From the NCBI GenBank assembly GCA_052035175.1, contig JBPOHV010000001.1, positions 41,569-105,568 of the forward strand: a stretch of DNA of 64,000 nucleotides. Direction: 5' to 3'. Within the stretch, counting starts at the first letter, position 1. Every line of letters begins with the position of its first letter. This DNA is from a candidate division WWE3 bacterium. GTDB taxonomy: Bacteria; Patescibacteriota; WWE3; UBA101185; UBA10185. A program made the position numbers and the translations under genes. Below the pieces are notes generated by a model that was given only the letters and a program-made list of their open reading frames with translations, made no database searches and was not told the origin of the DNA. Below are positions 58,140 through 64,000 of this stretch, one piece after another.

Positions 58140-60971
58140 CTATCCCTTATATGCAAAAGGGCAAATGTCTTTGAAGTCACACCATTTGCAGTGCATACCC
58201 GGGTGAGCTTCGAAAACTCCAGACTTGATTTTATCTATAGTTTCTTTTACCTCTTGTTTTTTTTCATCGATGTCTTTTTGAGTGCGTGTTGTAGAAAGCT
58301 TTTCATTACTTTCAACAAAATAGTAAGTAAGTTTTTTTGGCGTGTATCCCAAAGCCTCCTTTGCTGCTAATGCATAAAAAGTGACTTGCGCATCTTTGTC
58401 GATCTCTTTTTGTGTTTTGGTTTGACCGGTTTTATAATCGATAATTTCGACACCATCCTCTAGTTGGTCTATACGGTCTATTTTGCCCAAAAACTTTATT
58501 CCATCAATCCAGACATTAAAGCTTTTTTCCAACGCCAAATGTTTTGGGTGTTCATTTTTATTTTGTTCATAATATCTTTCCAATAGTTTTTTACCTTCTT
58601 CAAATCTCAATTGTCTGTGTTTATCGTCAAAATATCCCAGAGGTTCCCACTTTGTTTTATAAATATCAAAAAGTTCTTCTAACGAAACATCTTTTGCCAT
58701 CTTTTTCATGTGAAAATCTTGTAATGTCGCATGTATGGTGTTTCCAAAACTAAACACATGGTTTGGTGCTACAGGTATGTTAAGAACGTACTTATATTTA
58801 TATTGCAGCCCGCATGTTTCATATGTATCTATTTGTGAATAGCTTAAGAATGGTGGAGAAAACTTTATTACACCTTTTCTGAAGTCAGTATCATGACCAA
58901 ATAGGCCTTGCTCAGATGTTGCTCCAGCAACGTATAACTCTGTTTTTAAGTGAGTTTCATCAAGATATCCTGTAGGAGTTGTTTCTTTTTTTCCTCCGTA
59001 GTCTTTGGAGTATGTTAAATACAATACATTCTTTGCACGCGTCATACCAACATAAAATAATCTACGTTCTTCTTGTATATGCTCATTGCCTGTAGGAAGA
59101 GATTCTTTTATAAGTTCATCTGGGATCTCAATTTGATCACCTTTATTTTTTGTGGGAAATCTACCTTGTACGAGATTTACCATAAATACAACTGGGTATT
59201 CCAACCCTTTGGCAGCGTGCACTGTAAGTAAATTTATTGTGTCTATATCTTCAATTTGTGCTTGTGCAGGGTTTTCACCAGCTTCAACAATAAGATCTAA
59301 ATAATCAACTAATTCGATTATGTTTGGCGCTACACCATTTTCACCGTGATAATCATTTTCAAATTGTTTGACGCGCTGTGCAAATAAATCTAGATTTTTT
59401 ATGCATAAGTGTGATTCAACACTTTCATTTTCCAAAAATTGTTGTAAATAATTTATATTGTTTACGAGAAAGAATAAAAATTCTACAGGCGCACTTTTGT
59501 GCAATTGCTCTTGAAGTATTGTAATCTTTTCGACAAATTGTTTGATGGTTTCGTCTTCTGATGCTTTTATAACTTCCCATAAGAAAGTTTTTTTAAATTT
59601 TGCTTGCGCAATATGTTTGCCTACCAAATCGTACGGGATCTCTAAACTTTGTATTGTAAGTACTCGGTAAAGATTAACTCCATCAAAAGGATTGATGAGT
59701 ATTTTTAAAAATGCTATCAGATCTTTGATTTCATCACGATCGTACAAGCCTCTATTTCCTACAAGTTGATACGGTAATCCAGCTTGTCGTAAACCTAGAA
59801 CAAAAGGTTCTAAATGATTATTCGCTCTAGCCAAAATAGCAATATCTTTAAAGTTTATTTCTGGGTTTGAGGAGATAACACTTTTTATCTCGTTTACTAC
59901 AAATTCAACCTCATCTGTTAGTGATTGAGCTTCTACTATCTTTGATTCTTTTGAGTTATCTAAATCTTCATTGGCTTGTATGAGTTTCTTGGATATCCCA
60001 AGTTTTACTTCTAATGTGTCAGGATTATTATTTTGTATTACATTATATGAACTGTCTAAAATAGTTTGAAGAGATCGATAATTTTCTGTGAGTGTTGTCA
60101 TTTTTGCTTTTGGGTAGTCTTTCATAAATTCTAAAATGTTCGAAACAGCAGCCCCTCTAAATTTATATATTGATTGCGAGTCGTCTCCTACTACTACAAG
60201 TGATCTCTTACTATTGTCATCTTTGGTGTACAACATTTTGATCAAAATATATTGTGCATAGTTTGTGTCTTGAAACTCATCTACCAAAATATGTTCAAAT
60301 TGCTTTTTATATTTTTCCAAGATATGTGGACGTGTTTCAAATAGTTTAATTGTCCAAGAAATGAGATCTCCAAAGTCCATATAATTATTTTTAATTTTTA
60401 ATTCTGAATAAGCTTTGTATATATAGGCTAATTCGTGCCAGCGCTGTTTTTCTTCAACATCGTCGACAGAATGTTCAGCGTATGTGCTGATTTCTTTTTC
60501 TGTAATACATTCGTCTTGTAAGCGTGAAACAAATTTTATAATTGCAGAAATAAATTTTGTCGGATTACCAAGTGGTCTAAAGTATTTCAAATCTAGGTCA
60601 AAAATATTTTTGCGCAAAAGTAACCATTGTTCTGGTGAACTTATTATTTTATAAGAAGTATCAAGCCCAATTTCCAAAGCTTCGTTGCGCAGTATTCTGT
60701 CTGCAAATGAGTGAAATGTGTAGACCCATGGTTCTTCGTATCCCAGTGGCATGATATCTCCTATACGTTGTGTCATTTCTGCTGATGCTTTTTCTGTAAA
60801 TGTAAGCGCCAATATATTTTGTGATCCTACTTTTTGTTTTTGTATAAGGTGGCTTATACGTTCTGTGATAACGCGAGTTTTCCCAGTACCTGCACCAGCT
60901 ACTACAAGTAGTGGCCCTGATTTATGTTGAATCGCTGACTTTTGATTTGCGTTTAGGTTAAGTTTATCCAC
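58140..60971 (-). CDS. UvrD-like helicase fused to PD-(D/E)XK nuclease with Fe-S cysteines (AddA/AdnB-like)
   Basis: AGAGTGKT, DEFQDTN, EERRLFYV; LSYSQI..Y..C, GKIDRID, IIDYKTG, C..C.....C. Confidence 0.9.
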   Translation of the reverse strand: MDKLNLNANQKSAIQHKSGPLLVVAGAGTGKTRVITERISHLIQKQKVGSQNILALTFTEKASAEMTQRIGDIMPLGYEEPWVYTFHSFADRILRNEALEIGLDTSYKIISSPEQWLLLRKNIFDLDLKYFRPLGNPTKFISAIIKFVSRLQDECITEKEISTYAEHSVDDVEEKQRWHELAYIYKAYSELKIKNNYMDFGDLISWTIKLFETRPHILEKYKKQFEHILVDEFQDTNYAQYILIKMLYTKDDNSKRSLVVVGDDSQSIYKFRGAAVSNILEFMKDYPKAKMTTLTENYRSLQTILDSSYNVIQNNNPDTLEVKLGISKKLIQANEDLDNSKESKIVEAQSLTDEVEFVVNEIKSVISSNPEINFKDIAILARANNHLEPFVLGLRQAGLPYQLVGNRGLYDRDEIKDLIAFLKILINPFDGVNLYRVLTIQSLEIPYDLVGKHIAQAKFKKTFLWEVIKASEDETIKQFVEKITILQEQLHKSAPVEFLFFLVNNINYLQQFLENESVESHLCIKNLDLFAQRVKQFENDYHGENGVAPNIIELVDYLDLIVEAGENPAQAQIEDIDTINLLTVHAAKGLEYPVVFMVNLVQGRFPTKNKGDQIEIPDELIKESLPTGNEHIQEERRLFYVGMTRAKNVLYLTYSKDYGGKKETTPTGYLDETHLKTELYVAGATSEQGLFGHDTDFRKGVIKFSPPFLSYSQIDTYETCGLQYKYKYVLNIPVAPNHVFSFGNTIHATLQDFHMKKMAKDVSLEELFDIYKTKWEPLGYFDDKHRQLRFEEGKKLLERYYEQNKNEHPKHLALEKSFNVWIDGIKFLGKIDRIDQLEDGVEIIDYKTGQTKTQKEIDKDAQVTFYALAAKEALGYTPKKLTYYFVESNEKLSTTRTQKDIDEKKQEVKETIDKIKSGVFEAHPGMHCKWCDFKDICPFAYKG

Positions 60972-61034
60972 GATAAAGGTATTTTATCATTGATCCGTTG
61001 TACACAGTTTGCTGGTGTTATAATAGTTTAGCTT

Positions 61035-62171
61035 ATGAATATTTTACTCATAATTCTTTCCGTTTTTAGTGGTGTTGGTATAGCTCTTGGCTTTGTTTAT
61101 ATGTTCAAAGACAAATTCTTTGGGCAATCGATTGACCACACTGCTTTACTTGAACAAAAGCTAAATGAAATATTTCCTCAGGCTTTGAAAATGGCTACCG
61201 AACAGCTTGTCGCTGTTTCAGATCAAAAGCTTGATGCTAAACAAGAGGTTATTCAAAATGATTTAGCAAATAAAAAAGGTGCAATCGAAGATCTTATAAA
61301 AGGTATAAAGGCAGAACTTGATAATAGTAATAAAAAACTAGAAACCGCAGAAAAAGAACGTGTGGGTTCGTTTAGGGAAATAAAGGCAGAGTTAGAAAAT
61401 CAAAGAAAAATTTCAGAACAACTTTCTGTGACTACAGATAACCTGCGTAAAGTTTTATCAAATAATCAGTTGCGAGGTCAATTTGGTGAGCAAGTCGCTG
61501 AAGAACTTTTGCGTATGACCGGATTTGTGCGAGGAGTTGATTATGATTACAATATTGCGCAAGGTACGGGTACACGCCCAGATTTCACAATATTCTTACC
61601 AGATGGTGTAAAAATAAATGTTGATGCAAAATTCCCATATTCCAATTTGCAAAAATATCTCGAGCATGAAGACAAAGAATCACAATCTGTTTATTTAAAA
61701 CATTTCGAAACAGATATCAAAGAAAAAATAAAACAAGTAACCTCACGCGATTATATAAATCCTGAAGATAATACAGTTGACTTTGTACTTCTATTTATTC
61801 CAAATGAAATGATCTTTTCTTTCATTTATGAAAAGATGAACAGTGTCTGGGAAGAAGGCATGCGTAAAAAAGTAGTTTTTGTCGGCCCTTTTAGTTTTAC
61901 CGCAACACTTAGATTGGTAAGACAATCGTATGCCAATTTTAAAACTCAAAACAACTTACACAAAATAGTTTCTATGATAAATGAGTTTGATAAAGAGTTC
62001 TCGAAATATAACGAAGAATTTATAAAAATAGGTGAAAGAATCAAATCGCTAAGTAAGCAATACGATGAGGTCGATACCACAAGAACTCGCCAACTAGTAA
62101 AGATTGTTGAAAAGATCCATTTACAAGAACCTCAAGAATTACCTTTGTTACAAGAAACCTCTACTCTATAG
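61035..62171 (+). CDS. rmuC: DNA recombination protein RmuC
   Basis: TM, coiled coil, RGQFGE, RPD..I.LP, VDAKFP, FIPNE. Confidence 0.9.
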   Translation: MNILLIILSVFSGVGIALGFVYMFKDKFFGQSIDHTALLEQKLNEIFPQALKMATEQLVAVSDQKLDAKQEVIQNDLANKKGAIEDLIKGIKAELDNSNKKLETAEKERVGSFREIKAELENQRKISEQLSVTTDNLRKVLSNNQLRGQFGEQVAEELLRMTGFVRGVDYDYNIAQGTGTRPDFTIFLPDGVKINVDAKFPYSNLQKYLEHEDKESQSVYLKHFETDIKEKIKQVTSRDYINPEDNTVDFVLLFIPNEMIFSFIYEKMNSVWEEGMRKKVVFVGPFSFTATLRLVRQSYANFKTQNNLHKIVSMINEFDKEFSKYNEEFIKIGERIKSLSKQYDEVDTTRTRQLVKIVEKIHLQEPQELPLLQETSTL

Positions 62172-62239
62172 CATATTCCAATTTCACTAGAATATACTCT
62201 CTTTCAAAAACATGTTTTTTTGTTTGAATACTATGTGGC

Positions 62240-62311
62240 GGGCCCGAATCTGGTGGTTGATATTGCCTTAAGAACCAGGGTTTGTGGGTTCGATTCCCAT
62301 CGGGTCCACCA
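62240..62311 (+). ncRNA. tRNA-like RNA with alanine acceptor identity (G3-U70, A73, encoded CCA), no canonical D or anticodon stem
   Basis: GGGCCCG/CGGGTCC acceptor, GTGGG-TTCGATT-CCCAT T-arm, ACCA end; 72 nt. Confidence 0.75.
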
Positions 62312-62323
62312 TGATAATATAGT

Positions 62324-62352
62324 TTGACATACAACAATCAACATTGTATAGT
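62324..62352 (+). promoter_or_regulatory. Sigma70 promoter for the partner sRNA
   Basis: TTGACA-17 bp-TATAGT. Confidence 0.75.
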
Positions 62353-62358
62353 CTATAT

Positions 62359-62426
62359 ACTTAAGGCAAGGGAATTCCACTAGAATAACCCTGGTACAAA
62401 AAAAGATCTCGAAAGAGGTCTTTTTT
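62359..62426 (+). ncRNA. Candidate partner sRNA complementary to the tRNA-like RNA
   Basis: CTTAAGGCAA (62360-62369) pairs with 62263-62272; AACCCTGGT (62387-62395) pairs with 62274-62282; ends in a terminator. Confidence 0.6.
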
Positions 62427-62430
62427 GTTT
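62398..62430 (+). terminator. Intrinsic terminator
   Basis: A7-GATCTC-GAAA-GAGGTC-T6. Confidence 0.85.
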
Positions 62431-62469
62431 CCCACTGTTTAATTGTCTACAACATAGTAAAATCTATGT

Positions 62470-62850
62470 ATGCCATCTTTTTTATGGACAATTGTATTCT
62501 TTTGTATTTTTCTGTGGTCTTGTTTTGGATATATACTTGTATGGCTTGCACCGACATCATTTAGCACCATTATAGGATTTCTAGGAGTATTCTTTTTGGC
62601 TACCTCATTTACACTATCACTTCCGTTATTTTTCTTAATCCGTGCCAAATCGTACCATGCAGTTACAAACACACGCACCATTTACCGTAGAGCTTTGGCT
62701 TGGGGAGGCTTTGGGTCATTTGGGGTTACTGGGTTGTTTACTTTACGTGCATTTGATATTTTCAACATATTAAACGGTGGGTTGTTTTGTTTGTTGTATA
62801 TAGGTATTTATTTTTATCTAAAAGATATTACGAAAGTGCATACTCATTAA
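62470..62850 (+). CDS. 4-TM membrane protein
   Basis: Hydrophobic 126 aa; stop overlaps the tatD start. Confidence 0.65.
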   Translation: MPSFLWTIVFFCIFLWSCFGYILVWLAPTSFSTIIGFLGVFFLATSFTLSLPLFFLIRAKSYHAVTNTRTIYRRALAWGGFGSFGVTGLFTLRAFDIFNILNGGLFCLLYIGIYFYLKDITKVHTH

Positions 62851-63638
62851 TGTTGATAGATACACACTGTCATTTGACAGATGAAAAATATACAAATGTA
62901 GATATTATTTTACAAAACGCTGCACACGCAGGGATAGACCAGCTGATAACTATTGCAACATCTTTGAGTAATGCGCGTCTTTGCATTCAAATAGCCGAAA
63001 AGTACCCAAGTGTGTTTGCTGCTGTTGGCGTGTATCCCCATGAAGATTTGGATTCAGATGCTACCGACATAGAGCGAGAACTTATAAACGCATTATTTAT
63101 GCACGCTGATAAGATTGTAGCGATAGGTGAGTGTGGTATCGATTTTGGTGATCACTATAATCCAGCAGAACTTCGTACTTTAGATAAGCAAGTAGAACTT
63201 TTTGAATTGCAGTTGAATTTGGCCTCAAAAAATAATCTACCTGTTGTTATTCATAATCGGAACGGTGATGATTATGTGCTTTCTGCCTTGGCAAAGTTTC
63301 CGAATGTAGCAGGTGTAGCGCATTGTTTTTCACAAGACGTTACTTTTGCAAAAAGGTGTATTGATGCTGGTCTTTATATATCTTTTTCTGGCATGCTGAC
63401 ATATCCAAAAAACACCCATTTGATAGACGTAGCAAAATTTGTACCGCACGACAGAATAGTGGTAGAAACGGATGCACCGTATTTGCCTCCACAAAGTAAG
63501 CGTGGTAGTGTCAATGAGCCAGCCAATATATCTGAAATTGCTATGAAATTAGCTGATATATGGCAAGTGCCTTTAGACGAAGTAGCTGCAGTTACGAGCC
63601 AAAATGCTATTAAATTATTTAAATTGGCAGGACATTAA
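62850..63638 (+). CDS. tatD: TatD-family DNase
   Basis: IDTHCHL, GVYPH, IGECGID, IHNR, HCFS, ETDAPYL. Confidence 0.93.
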   Translation: MLIDTHCHLTDEKYTNVDIILQNAAHAGIDQLITIATSLSNARLCIQIAEKYPSVFAAVGVYPHEDLDSDATDIERELINALFMHADKIVAIGECGIDFGDHYNPAELRTLDKQVELFELQLNLASKNNLPVVIHNRNGDDYVLSALAKFPNVAGVAHCFSQDVTFAKRCIDAGLYISFSGMLTYPKNTHLIDVAKFVPHDRIVVETDAPYLPPQSKRGSVNEPANISEIAMKLADIWQVPLDEVAAVTSQNAIKLFKLAGH

Positions 63639-63641
63639 AAG

Positions 63642-64000
63642 ATGCAAAAAAATATAACAGATCAACCAAAGGCTTTAGATATGTATATGCACAGATTCTT
63701 TGAAGTAATACCAGGTATACTTACCTGGACATTGTTGTTATCGCCATTTTGGCTTGGTTTATTAGCTCCAAAGATCTTAATCTTTTATATTACATTTTTG
63801 ACTGTTTATTGGTTTTATCTAGGGTTCAAATTGGCATATGGCGTGATTATTGGTTATTACCGTCACAAAAAAGAAATGTCTACCGACTGGTATGCTGCTT
63901 GTAAAGCTTTGGACTTTTCTATGTTACCAGACAAGTTAACATTACCGAGTTCACTTGATGAAACAAAACTATTTATATTGTCACCATGTTATTCCGAGTC
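63642..64000 (+). CDS. Probable membrane GT2 glycosyltransferase, N-terminus only (runs off the window)
   Basis: Manual translation MQKNITD...HRFFEVIPGILTWTLLLSPFW, an N-terminus I associate with CPR GT2 proteins; catalytic domain not visible. Confidence 0.5.
   Translation, partial: MQKNITDQPKALDMYMHRFFEVIPGILTWTLLLSPFWLGLLAPKILIFYITFLTVYWFYLGFKLAYGVIIGYYRHKKEMSTDWYAACKALDFSMLPDKLTLPSSLDETKLFILSPCYSE

Noticed and set aside
62164-62175. Third copy of the cassette motif (CTCTATAGCAT)
   Set aside because: It lies in the rmuC stop region and lacks the CGTTA, TCATCA and TATCAA blocks.
62240-62311. Ordinary tRNA-Leu(TAA), from the CTTAAGA loop-like heptamer
   Set aside because: The flanks ATTGC/ACCAG do not pair; there is no D-stem or long variable arm; the acceptor has Ala identity.

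Overview
A 64-kb, AT-rich chromosomal segment of a small-genome bacterium. Gene content (short ValS/ProS, CPR-type FtsA-like/baseplate-J-like/VirB4-like genes, many leaderless genes) suggests Patescibacteria/CPR, possibly WWE3; this assignment is inference. The window spans the probable replication origin: dnaA, then a downstream DnaA box + DnaA-trio + AT-rich module at a strand-composition switch near 12.8 kb. It carries housekeeping genes (rplY, valS, proS, tsaD, hrcA-grpE-dnaK, lepA, rpsT, gap/pgk/tpiA, pcrA, rsmA, rmuC, tatD) and a monoderm-type envelope toolkit (MurT/GatD, FemABX, LCP, sortase, MurJ, D,D-carboxypeptidase). The most unusual signals are non-coding: (1) a 72-nt tRNA-like RNA with alanine identity but no D or anticodon stem, followed by a separately promoted ~68-nt sRNA whose two arms are exactly complementary to its core; (2) two small gene cassettes sharing an identically spaced upstream motif and a covarying 3' pseudoknot; (3) an ultrashort-stem-I, translational-type T-box before valS; (4) an inverted pair of ~70-nt hairpins with a conserved loop. 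All calls are from reading the sequence and the ORF track; no searches or folding programs were run.
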